64,000 nucleotides of DNA from an uncultured Bacilli bacterium (lineage in GTDB: Bacteria; Bacillota_I; Bacilli_A; RF39; UBA660). Under the pieces are notes generated by a model. That model ran no database searches. It was not told the DNA's origin and worked only from the letters and a program-made list of their open reading frames with translations. Positions 19,168 to 27,633 of the stretch are shown here, piece by piece (position 1 is the first letter of the stretch; every line of letters starts with the position of its first letter). The position numbers and the translations under genes were made by a program. The DNA is taken from the NCBI GenBank assembly GCA_934149245.1, contig CAKPER010000004.1:3757-67756 (forward strand), in the 5' to 3' direction.

Positions 19168-21645
19168 ATGCAAGATGATATAAGAGATAGAAAAGTGGCA
19201 GTTGATATAGTTGGTGAAATGAAAAAATCTTTTTTAGATTATTCTATGAGTGTAATAGTTGCTAGAGCTATACCTGATGTTAAGGATGGTTTAAAACCTG
19301 TTCATAGAAGAGTTCTTTACACTTTGTATGAGGAGGGAATGACCCCAGATAAAAAATATCAGAAAAGTGCAAATGCTGTTGGAGCAGTTATGGGACATTA
19401 TCATCCACATGGAGATTCTGCTATTTATGATACTATGGTTAGAATGGCACAAGATTTTACTTATAGACATTGTTTAGTTGATGGTCATGGTAATTTTGGA
19501 TCTATAGATGGTTTTGGAGCAGCTGCAAGTCGTTACACAGAAGCTAGATTATCCAAAATTTCTATGGAATTGTTACGTGATTTGAATAAAGATACAGTTG
19601 ATTTTTCTGATAACTATGATGGTCAAAGAAAAGAACCTGTTGTTTTACCAAGTAGATTTCCAAATATATTAGTAAATGGGAATATGGGAATTGCTGTTGG
19701 AATGGCTACTAATATTCCACCTCATAATCTTGGAGAGGTAATAGATGGGTGTATTGCTTATATAGATAATCCTGATATTACAGTATCTGAACTAATGAAT
19801 TATATACAAGGTCCAGATTTTCCTACTGCTGGTGTTATTTTAGGAAATTCAGGAATTAGAAGGGCTTATGATACGGGTAGAGGTTCTATTACAATTAGAG
19901 GAAGAGCTGAAATTGATGAACATCATGGTAAGAATAGAATTATAATAACTGAGCTTCCATATCAGGTTAATAAAAAGTCATTAATAACCAGAATTGGAGA
20001 GTTAGTTAGAGATAAGGTATTAGATGGAATTAGTAATTTAAGTGATGAGTCTGCATTAGAAGGTATAAAAATTGTTATAGATGTAAAGAAAGATGCGAAT
20101 GCAAATGTTGTTTTAAATAATTTGTATAAACATACTCAGCTTCAAGTTTCTTATGGAATTAACTTTTTAATGTTAGTTGATGGTAGTCCAAGAACTATTG
20201 GTTTGAAAGAAATTCTTGAAAAATATATAGAGCATCAAAAGCATGTTATATATAGAAGATGTAAATTTGAGCTTAATAAATATAAATCGAGGTTACATAT
20301 ATTAGAGGGATTAAAAATAGCTCTTGATAATATTGATAAGGTTATAAAAATTATTCGTGAATCAGAAAGCGATGATATTGCCAAAAAAGGATTAATGCTT
20401 GAATTTGGTTTATCTGATTCTCAATCACAGGCTATTTTAGAAATGCGTTTGAAACGTTTAACTGGTTTAGAAAAATCTAAGATAGAGGATGAAATTTCGG
20501 AGTTGTTAAAATTAGTAGCTCATTTAGAAGAAATTATTAGTGATGAGCATAAAATTCTTGATGTCATAAAGAAAGAGATGCTTGAAATTAAGGAAAAGTA
20601 TGCTGATGACAGAAGAACTTATATTGATATGAGTGCTATTGACTTTATAGATGATGAATCATTGATACCTGTGGAAAATATGTTTTTGACACTTACTAAT
20701 AAGGGATATATAAAGAGAGTGCCTATTGATACTTATAAAACTCAAAATAGAGGTGGAGTTGGTATAAAAGGTATGTCGACTAATGAAGAGGATTTTGTGG
20801 AATATATTTTAAACGCTACAACTCATGATTATATATTATTTTTCACAAGTAATGGTAGAGTGTTTAGAATGAAGGGTTACGAAATTCCAGAATATAGCAG
20901 GCAATCCAAAGGTTTACCTTTGGTTAATTTGATAAAGTTAGAAAATGGTGAAAAAGTTACTTCATTGTTGAAAACTACTTTAAATGAGGATTATAAGTAT
21001 TTAATATTTGCTACTAAAAATGGTTTAATTAAGAAAACTGATATTTCAGAATTTTTAAATATTAGAACTAATGGAAAGAAAGCTATAACTCTTAAAGATA
21101 ATGATGAGTTAGTTTCTGTTAAAAAAACAACAGGTGAAAATGAAATTTTAATGGCGTCATCTATCGGAAGGATGGTTAGATTTTCTGAAAATGGTATTCG
21201 AGTTATGGGAAGAAATGCATCTGGTGTAAAGGGTATTGATTTATCTGGAAGTAGTTTAGTAGGTATGGAAGTTGTTGAAAATAATCAAGATGTATTTGTT
21301 GTGACTCGTAATGGTTATGGCAAGAAAACTCCAGTGGACGAATATAGAATAACTAGTCGTGGTGGAAAAGGAGTTAAGACATTAAATGTAACAGAAAAAA
21401 ATGGTCCTATTATATCTTTTAAAACTGTTGATAATGAAAATAAAGAACAGGATTTGTTGATTGTTACAAACGAAGGAATAGTAATAAGAATAAAAATGGA
21501 ACAAATTTCTACAATGAGTAGAGTTACTCAAGGAATAAGATTAATTAATCTTAGGGATGGACAATTTGTTAGTACAGTATCTATTGTTGACAGTGAGAAC
21601 GAAGAAGATAATGAAAAAGATAGTTCTTTAGATACTAATGTTTAA
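19168..21645 (+). CDS. gyrA: DNA gyrase subunit A
   Basis: QRDR-like region HPHGDSAIYDTMVRMAQ and the active-site AAASRYTEARL. A C-terminal beta-pinwheel is followed by an acidic tail. Confidence 0.98.
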   Translation: MQDDIRDRKVAVDIVGEMKKSFLDYSMSVIVARAIPDVKDGLKPVHRRVLYTLYEEGMTPDKKYQKSANAVGAVMGHYHPHGDSAIYDTMVRMAQDFTYRHCLVDGHGNFGSIDGFGAAASRYTEARLSKISMELLRDLNKDTVDFSDNYDGQRKEPVVLPSRFPNILVNGNMGIAVGMATNIPPHNLGEVIDGCIAYIDNPDITVSELMNYIQGPDFPTAGVILGNSGIRRAYDTGRGSITIRGRAEIDEHHGKNRIIITELPYQVNKKSLITRIGELVRDKVLDGISNLSDESALEGIKIVIDVKKDANANVVLNNLYKHTQLQVSYGINFLMLVDGSPRTIGLKEILEKYIEHQKHVIYRRCKFELNKYKSRLHILEGLKIALDNIDKVIKIIRESESDDIAKKGLMLEFGLSDSQSQAILEMRLKRLTGLEKSKIEDEISELLKLVAHLEEIISDEHKILDVIKKEMLEIKEKYADDRRTYIDMSAIDFIDDESLIPVENMFLTLTNKGYIKRVPIDTYKTQNRGGVGIKGMSTNEEDFVEYILNATTHDYILFFTSNGRVFRMKGYEIPEYSRQSKGLPLVNLIKLENGEKVTSLLKTTLNEDYKYLIFATKNGLIKKTDISEFLNIRTNGKKAITLKDNDELVSVKKTTGENEILMASSIGRMVRFSENGIRVMGRNASGVKGIDLSGSSLVGMEVVENNQDVFVVTRNGYGKKTPVDEYRITSRGGKGVKTLNVTEKNGPIISFKTVDNENKEQDLLIVTNEGIVIRIKMEQISTMSRVTQGIRLINLRDGQFVSTVSIVDSENEEDNEKDSSLDTNV

Positions 21646-21662
21646 TATATATATTTATTTTG

Positions 21663-21699
21663 AAAAGAACATATTTAATTTCTTGATATGTTCTTTTTT
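21663..21699 (+). terminator. Intrinsic terminator after gyrA
   Basis: 12-bp stem: AAAAGAACATAT (21663-21674) pairs with ATATGTTCTTTT (21686-21697). The loop is 11 nt and a T-run follows. Confidence 0.75.
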
Positions 21700-21700
21700 A

Positions 21701-21716
21701 TGTTTCACGTGAAACA
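21701..21716. promoter_or_regulatory. parS site, perfect 16-bp palindrome TGTTTCACGTGAAACA (module 1)
   Basis: Exact match to the Firmicute Spo0J/ParB parS consensus TGTTNCACGTGAAACA. The palindrome extends to 18 bp (ATGTTTCACGTGAAACAT). DnaA box TTTTCCACA follows 9 nt later (21726-21734). Confidence 0.85.
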
Positions 21717-22265
21717 TTTTTTTAGTTTTCCACACTCTATAAAAAAGATAGAGTGTCTTCAAATTAAATTGATTGTTGATATGGCAAGAATTAAGCTAGC
21801 TTATTTAATATCCACAACATTTAAATTACTATAAAATATTTTTTTATTATATATCATTATTAATATAATATTTAATTTTTAAGTTAATCTATATAAAAGT
21901 ATTTGTTATAAATTATTTAATACACTATAAAAATTTAGTTAGGTTTATATTTTTAAATTTTATTTGATATAGATATCATTATTTTTCGTATTACTAGTTT
22001 TGTTATATGTATGTGATTGCTTGTTATTAATAATGAAACATATTTGTTGATAATTTATTTAAATTAAAAGTAGTTATAAACATAATGATTAAAGTATTAT
22101 ATATATAATTAAAGTAGTAAGAGTAAATTATTGTCATTTTGATAGTTAAAAATTAAGATATATACATATACATATTTTAAATTTTTAAAAATAGTTAGAT
22201 TAGTAGGTATTTATTTTTAATGTTTAATAATTAATATATATAGTTATTATTTATTTTATTGTGGG

Positions 22266-22328
22266 AAATTGAATAGATATTAAACATATTATATTTTAAA
22301 TTTAATTAAATTTCCACAAATTGAATAG
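22266..22328 (+). repeat. Direct 11-mer repeat AAATTGAATAG, each copy abutting a DnaA-like box
   Basis: Copies at 22266-22276 and 22318-22328 (52-bp offset). The first follows TGTGGGAAA and the second follows ATTTCCACA. Confidence 0.6.
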
Positions 22329-22471
22329 TTTAATTGTTTTAAATAGATTAGAAATCAAATTTTGGTGTGGATAATTTTACTATATCTGAATTTATATTTG
22401 TAATATTAGTTGGGTAATTTCTATAAATTAATTTTATATTTAATGCTAATCTTTTTATTATTTACTTTTTT

Positions 22472-22487
22472 AGTTTCACGTGAAACA
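22472..22487. promoter_or_regulatory. parS-like site AGTTTCACGTGAAACA (module 2; 15/16 match to consensus)
   Basis: 14-bp perfect palindrome core GTTTCACGTGAAAC. DnaA box TTTTCCACA follows 7 nt later (22495-22503). Confidence 0.8.
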
Positions 22488-22828
22488 TAAAAAGTTTTCC
22501 ACATCCAATGTTTTTAGTAATTTTATTGTTGTTAATTAAAATTGCTCAGATATATTGTAATATAGTTAATTTGTACAAAATAATATAGTTTTTGAAAAAT
22601 TAACTCTGTAATAAAACTTTTTCTAAAAAAACTAATAATTTTGGTACAAATTGTGAAATAAAAAAGTATTGTTAAAGCTATATATATTACTAATTGATTA
22701 ACAATAATTATTATAAAATTCAAAATAAAATGTAAAGATTTTAGCTATTTATTATTTTTCGTTTTTATTAAATTTAATAAATTATTGGAAGAAAGTGTAG
22801 CTTTTTTATTAATTAGTGATTTAAATAT

Positions 22829-22845
22829 TATATATATATATATAT
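22829..22845. repeat. (TA)8 dinucleotide microsatellite
   Basis: Read directly from the sequence: tatatatatatatatat. Confidence 0.9.
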
Positions 22846-23356
22846 TAAATAAGTTTTGAACAGACTAAAAAAAAGAGGTTTTGAATATCTATTAGCATTA
22901 AAAAAACGTAGAATAAAATAATTTTATAAATATTAAACAGACAGTCTCTTAGGTTGTGGAAAATCACTAAATTAACAACTATATTTATTTTTACTACTTA
23001 TGGATGTATGATATAGCCTGGAATTTTAAACAAAAAATTAATATTAATATTTATATATTATGTAAGGTAAAAGTAATGTATGACTATAATTCAGTAGAAT
23101 ACGAAATATGATATGATAATAAAAATAGAAATTTATTTTTTTCTGTTTTATACATTTTAGATTCTAGATTGAAAAATCAATATATAAGTTATTAAAATAA
23201 ATTAAATTTATGTAGAAACTATTGTTACTTTTTGGTGTTGTTTATTGTTAACATTTTTGACGGTTGGGTGAAAAAATATATTTTTATGGTGAATTTAAAT
23301 ATTTTATGTTATTTGCTTGCATTAATTATTTTTAATATTATGTATATTATTTTTTA

Positions 23357-23372
23357 TGTTTCACGTGAAACT
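23357..23372. promoter_or_regulatory. parS-like site TGTTTCACGTGAAACT (module 3; 15/16 match to consensus)
   Basis: Same 14-bp palindrome core as the other two modules. DnaA box TTTTCCACA follows 6 nt later (23379-23387). Confidence 0.8.
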
Positions 23373-23429
23373 TTTTTGTTTTCCACAGTTATAAATATAA
23401 AAACTTTACTTTTATTACAAAATATGGTA

Positions 23430-23518
23430 CTATTTTTTCGATGCAACGATTTTTTAATAGAATCAAGTCAGGATCGGAAGATAGCAGCTTTAATATTATA
23501 TGTCGTGTGCATCAATAG
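23430..23518 (+). ncRNA. ffs: Signal recognition particle RNA (small bacterial 4.5S/scRNA type)
   Basis: Conserved helix-8 core AGUCAGGAUCGGAAGAUAGCAGC, with a GGAA tetraloop closed by GAUC/GAU (compare E. coli GGUCAGGUCCGGAAGGAAGCAGC). Flanking pairings are GATGCA (23440-23445) with TGCATC (23508-23513), and CTATT (23430-23434) with AATAG (23514-23518). It lies directly upstream of dnaX, like scr in B. subtilis. The exact ends are uncertain. Confidence 0.75.
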
Positions 23519-23530
23519 ATATTAAAAAAA

Positions 23531-23562
23531 AGTTTGCAAACTAATGTTCGCAAACTTTTTTG
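23531..23562 (+). terminator. Intrinsic terminator following the SRP RNA
   Basis: AGTTTGC (23531-23537) pairs with GCAAACT (23550-23556), with an inner AAC/GTT extension. A T6 run follows. Confidence 0.7.
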
Positions 23563-23639
23563 CGTTTTTTATAGACTTTATTTTGATATTTTGTTATAAT
23601 ATTTTTGTGGTTATATTTTATGGTAGGTGGTGATTTTGT

Positions 23640-25337
23640 TTGAGTTATGTTGCTTTGTATAGAAAATATCGTCCTAACAACTTTAATGATTTGATTGGTC
23701 AAAATGCTGTTACTTCTATTATAAAAAATGAAATTTTAAATAATAAGGTTTCTCATGCTTATCTTTTTTCTGGACCTAGGGGTACTGGTAAAACTTCAGC
23801 GGCTAAGATAATAGCTAAGATGGTTAATTGTCATAATTTAAGTCCTGATGGTGTTCCTTGTGGAACATGTTCGAGTTGTTTGAATTTTTATAACAGTAGT
23901 GATGTAGTAGAAATTGATGCGGCTTCTAATAATGGGGTTGATGAAATTAGAGAATTACGAGATAAAGTTAATCTTGTTCCTACATATGGAAAATATAAAG
24001 TTTATATAATAGATGAAGTTCATATGCTCACTAACCAAGCTTTTAATGCTTTGCTAAAAACATTAGAAGAACCTCCTAAACATATAATTTTTATTTTGGC
24101 GACTACTGAGTTTTCAAAAATACCTGATACTGTTGTTTCGAGATGTCAAAAGTTTCAATTTTCTCGGTTTTCAACTAATGAAATTGTTGAAAGACTGGTT
24201 TATATAGCTTCAAAAGAAAATATTTCTATTGATAGAGAAATTTTAGTTGAGATTGCGAGATTATCTAATGGTGGTTTAAGAGATGCAATTAATATATTTG
24301 ATCAATTTATTTCTTATAGTGGAGTTGATTCAAAAAAATCACTTAATGATTTGTATTTATTAAATGGTGTAGTTTCTTTAGATGAAATGCTTTGTTTATT
24401 AGATTTTATTATTGAAAAAAAATTAGATAAAATAGTAAGTTTTGTTAATGATATAACTAAAACTGGTAAGGATATGAGTCATTTTTTGGAGGATTTTTCG
24501 TTTTTAATAAAAAATGTTTATCTATTAAAAAATGATATTGATTTATTTGATGAAGTTTTTAAGGAAAAAACTAAAGCATTAATGAAATTTTCAAATAATT
24601 TTTCTAGTGATTTTTTGTATAATATCATATTTTCTTTAAATGAGTTGGTTAATCAATTGAGAAATTCTAATTTTTCGAGTATTTTGTTGACTATGTTTTT
24701 TATTAATTTAAGTTTAAAATATAGTTCTTCTAGTGTAGATGTAGATCTTTCTGATAAGGAAGTAGTTAATAATGATGTTAATTTTAATGGTGAAAATATA
24801 AGTTTTACGAACAATAGAATTGTTGAAAATATAGAGAATAAAACTGATAGTAAATTTAATATTCAAAGTTTATCATTAGAATTAAAAAAGATCAGAATTA
24901 ATAATGCTTTTGCAACAGCTTCTAAAGAATATAAAGAAAATTTTTTAAAAAACTGGAAAATAGCTGTCTCAAGTGATAATATTGATCCGTTAATTAAATC
25001 TATTATTAGTGACTTGGATGTTTTAGTTGTTGGAGAAAATGATGTTATTTTTGCAGTTAAGTATGATTCCTTATTAGAAAGAGTTTATAATCATTTTGAT
25101 CAAATAAAAAAAATTATTGATAGTAGTTTTGAAAAAGAATATAGAATTGTTTTTATAGATTTAGATGAATGGAAGTATGAAAAAGATAAGTATATTTTAA
25201 ATATTAAATCAGGAAAAAATTACGTTTATATTGATGAAAATGATAGGAATAAAAAATGTGATAATGATATAAAAAAAGATGATGTAGACAAAATTATTTC
25301 TATATTGGGAGATGATGTTGTTAATTTCGAAAATTAA
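23640..25337 (+). CDS. dnaX: DNA polymerase III subunit tau/gamma
   Basis: TTG start with GGTAGGTGGTGA upstream. Walker A GPRGTGKTS, a Zn module CGTCSSC, and the box pair VYIIDEVHML and SRCQKFQF. Confidence 0.95.
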   Translation: MSYVALYRKYRPNNFNDLIGQNAVTSIIKNEILNNKVSHAYLFSGPRGTGKTSAAKIIAKMVNCHNLSPDGVPCGTCSSCLNFYNSSDVVEIDAASNNGVDEIRELRDKVNLVPTYGKYKVYIIDEVHMLTNQAFNALLKTLEEPPKHIIFILATTEFSKIPDTVVSRCQKFQFSRFSTNEIVERLVYIASKENISIDREILVEIARLSNGGLRDAINIFDQFISYSGVDSKKSLNDLYLLNGVVSLDEMLCLLDFIIEKKLDKIVSFVNDITKTGKDMSHFLEDFSFLIKNVYLLKNDIDLFDEVFKEKTKALMKFSNNFSSDFLYNIIFSLNELVNQLRNSNFSSILLTMFFINLSLKYSSSSVDVDLSDKEVVNNDVNFNGENISFTNNRIVENIENKTDSKFNIQSLSLELKKIRINNAFATASKEYKENFLKNWKIAVSSDNIDPLIKSIISDLDVLVVGENDVIFAVKYDSLLERVYNHFDQIKKIIDSSFEKEYRIVFIDLDEWKYEKDKYILNIKSGKNYVYIDENDRNKKCDNDIKKDDVDKIISILGDDVVNFEN

Positions 25338-25516
25338 AATGTTTGTAGTTGCTTTTTGAAGAGGTAAATTAAGTTATTATAAAATATTTGTTATTTATAG
25401 TTAATTTTATATTTATGTTTTTCAAAACAAAAGTTTTTAAAAATAAAGTAAAATATAGAAAGAAAGGTTCAATTGATGGCTTGGATGCTATTTGTTGATT
25501 AATGAGGTGATAAAAT

Positions 25517-25816
25517 ATGAATATTCAAAGTTTGATGAAAAGGGCACAGGAAATGCAAAAGGATTTACAAAAAGTTCAAAAGGAGTTAAGTAATTCTAGT
25601 TATGTTGGTAAATCTTCTTGTGTTGAAATTACTTTAAATGGTGATAAAAAGATGCAAAGTATTAAAATAAATTTAGAAGAAGAAATTTCTGGAGATGATA
25701 TAGAAATGTTGGAAGATATGATATTGGTAGCTTATAATGAAGCTTCCAAAAAAGTTGATGATGATAAAGAAAAGAAACTTTCTAAATATGGTAATGGTTT
25801 GGCTGGAATGATGTAA
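25517..25816 (+). CDS. ebfC: Nucleoid-associated protein YbaB/EbfC (YaaK)
   Basis: 99 aa with a YbaB-like sequence (MNIQSLMKRAQEMQKDLQKVQKEL...). Conserved dnaX-ebfC-recR order. Confidence 0.9.
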   Translation: MNIQSLMKRAQEMQKDLQKVQKELSNSSYVGKSSCVEITLNGDKKMQSIKINLEEEISGDDIEMLEDMILVAYNEASKKVDDDKEKKLSKYGNGLAGMM

Positions 25817-25819
25817 TTT

Positions 25820-26413
25820 ATGTATCCTAGTTCTATTAATAATTTGATGACAATTATGGAAAAATTACCTGGTATTGGAGAAAAAACAGCTGAAAGGTTA
25901 GTTTTTTCATTACTTGATTTTTCTAGTGATGATTTAACTAATTTTTCTAATTGTTTAATTGAGTTTAGAGATAATGTTGATTTTTGTTCTATTTGTGGCA
26001 ATATAACAGATCATAAAGTGTGTGACATTTGTTTAGATAATGAGCGAGATAATTCTGTGGTAATTGTTGTGGAAAAGCCTAAAGATATTTTGCTGTTTGA
26101 AAAGCTTAAGAATTTTAAAGGAAAATATCATGTTTTAAATGGTTTAATTTCGCCTTTGGATGGTATTGGTCCAGAACAGATAAATTTAGCTTCACTTGTT
26201 CAGAGAGTAGTTAATTGTAACGTAAAGGAAATTATATTGGCTATTAAACCCAATATAGAAGGTGATACTACTATGTATTATATAAAAAAGTTACTTGATT
26301 CTTTTGATGTTAAAGTAACTAAAATAGCTGCTGGTATTCCAGTTGGTACGGAAATTGAGTATTTAGATACTATTACATTAAAATTAGCTATCGATGGAAG
26401 AAAAGATATTTAG
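25820..26413 (+). CDS. recR: Recombination protein RecR
   Basis: HhH (LPGIGEKTAERL), a C4 zinc finger (CSICGN...CDIC) and a Toprim domain. Confidence 0.95.
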   Translation: MYPSSINNLMTIMEKLPGIGEKTAERLVFSLLDFSSDDLTNFSNCLIEFRDNVDFCSICGNITDHKVCDICLDNERDNSVVIVVEKPKDILLFEKLKNFKGKYHVLNGLISPLDGIGPEQINLASLVQRVVNCNVKEIILAIKPNIEGDTTMYYIKKLLDSFDVKVTKIAAGIPVGTEIEYLDTITLKLAIDGRKDI

Positions 26414-26445
26414 TATTCTAAAGCATATAATTTACTGGTGATTAG

Positions 26446-26631
26446 ATGCTTAAAAAAATTTTAATATTGTTGCAACAAATAATATTTGCTATTGTTTTGA
26501 TTTATACATATGATAGTTTATCTATTTCTATTTGTAGCAGTATTCCTATTAACTTTTTAACAGTTTCTTTGATTACTTTATTTGGTTTTTTTGCTATGTT
26601 TCAGCTTATTATATTTAGTTATTATATTTAG
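26446..26631 (+). CDS. Small two-TM membrane protein, BofA-like (pro-sigma-K processing inhibitor family candidate)
   Basis: The segment IPINFLTVSLITLFGFFAMFQLII parallels B. subtilis BofA VPINLVTTAISGILGIPGIAALVVI. Its position after recR matches the recR-yaaL-bofA neighbourhood. Confidence 0.5.
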   Translation: MLKKILILLQQIIFAIVLIYTYDSLSISICSSIPINFLTVSLITLFGFFAMFQLIIFSYYI

Positions 26632-26645
26632 TTTATAATTGTGGG

Positions 26646-27623
26646 GTGATGTATGTGTTTGATGAATATAAAGATGATCAAAGAGTTGCATATAACTTAT
26701 TAAAGAATTCTTTGGAAATTGGTAAATTATCTCATGCATATTTAATAGATACAAATAATTATGAATATTCTTGGGAATTTGTTCTTTCTTTTGTTAAAAT
26801 GGTTATTTGTCCTAATCATTATTCTAATTTTTCCAAATGTGGCTCTTGTAGTATTTGTTCTAGAATTTTGGATGGCAATTATATGGATTTTAAGATTATT
26901 GAACCTGAGCAAGTTTCATTAGTAATAAAGAAAGAACAAATTTTAGATATTCAAGCAGAGTTTAGTAAGAAATCAATAGAAGGAAAAAATTTAGTTTATG
27001 TTATAAAAGATTGTGATTGTATGAATGCTCAGGCAGCAAATTGTCTTTTAAAATTTCTAGAAGAACCAAATGAAAAAATCATTGCTATTTTGGTTACAAA
27101 TAACGTGTCTAAGGTTCTAAATACTGTTGTCTCTCGATGTCAATTAGTGAGATTGTATTCTAATAGCAAGAATGAACTTAAAGCTTTTGATAAATTTTTA
27201 ATTAATATTTGTGATACTGACGATTCTAAAAAGAAATTTTTAGATGATCCCTTAAAAGTTAATATGATAGAAAATATTGTAAATTTTATTGGTTATTTGG
27301 AAGAATTTGGTATAGATGTATATATTTATATTAAAAAGTTTTTATATGATAATTTTAATGATAGAAATGACTATATTTTAGGGTTGTATTTGATTATAAA
27401 CTTTTATTATGATGTTTTGAAGTCAATAAATAATATTGATGATTTCTTTTTTTCGGATTATCTAGATGAAATAAAGAAAATTGCTGATTTTAATAATAAT
27501 AATTCTGAAAAAATATTGAATAAATTGAATGTTTTTTTAGAAACTAGTAATGCATTATATAAAAATTGTAATATTTTTTTAACTTTAGATTATATGTTAA
27601 TAAAATTTAAAAAATGTATGTAG
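26646..27623 (+). CDS. holB: DNA polymerase III subunit delta prime
   Basis: KLSHAYL, a Zn-module CGSCSICSR, and the LLKFLEEP and SRCQL motifs. The exact start is uncertain (GTG 26646 or ATG 26649). Confidence 0.85.
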   Translation: MMYVFDEYKDDQRVAYNLLKNSLEIGKLSHAYLIDTNNYEYSWEFVLSFVKMVICPNHYSNFSKCGSCSICSRILDGNYMDFKIIEPEQVSLVIKKEQILDIQAEFSKKSIEGKNLVYVIKDCDCMNAQAANCLLKFLEEPNEKIIAILVTNNVSKVLNTVVSRCQLVRLYSNSKNELKAFDKFLINICDTDDSKKKFLDDPLKVNMIENIVNFIGYLEEFGIDVYIYIKKFLYDNFNDRNDYILGLYLIINFYYDVLKSINNIDDFFFSDYLDEIKKIADFNNNNSEKILNKLNVFLETSNALYKNCNIFLTLDYMLIKFKKCM

Positions 27624-27633
27624 GTGATAATTT

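Larger units (their letters stand above)
21726..23387. promoter_or_regulatory. Dispersed DnaA-box cluster inside the gene-free gyrA-ffs tract (8 boxes)
   Basis: TTTTCCACA 21726-21734; ATATCCACA 21808-21816; TGTGGGAAA 22260-22268; ATTTCCACA 22310-22318; TGTGGATAA 22366-22374 (perfect, reverse orientation); TTTTCCACA 22495-22503; TGTGGAAAA 22955-22963; TTTTCCACA 23379-23387. Confidence 0.7.

Noticed and set aside
22532-22723. 63-aa minus-strand ORF inside the gene-free tract.
   Set aside because: The peptide is I/F/Y/N-only, there is no SD, and local G+C is extremely low. A chance ORF is expected at this composition.
23232-23525. 97-aa plus-strand ORF upstream of dnaX.
   Set aside because: It runs through parS module 3, a DnaA box and the SRP RNA core. 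The RNA and binding-site interpretation explains the conservation-type signals, and the ORF has no SD.
24414-24430. A8 run in dnaX (GAA AAA AAA TTA GAT AA). A -1 slip here would read ATT AGA TAA and stop, reminiscent of the E. coli tau/gamma frameshift.
   Set aside because: The slip would truncate the protein at about residue 263, inside domain III, which the clamp loader needs. No downstream stimulatory hairpin is evident, and A-runs of this length are very common in this genome.
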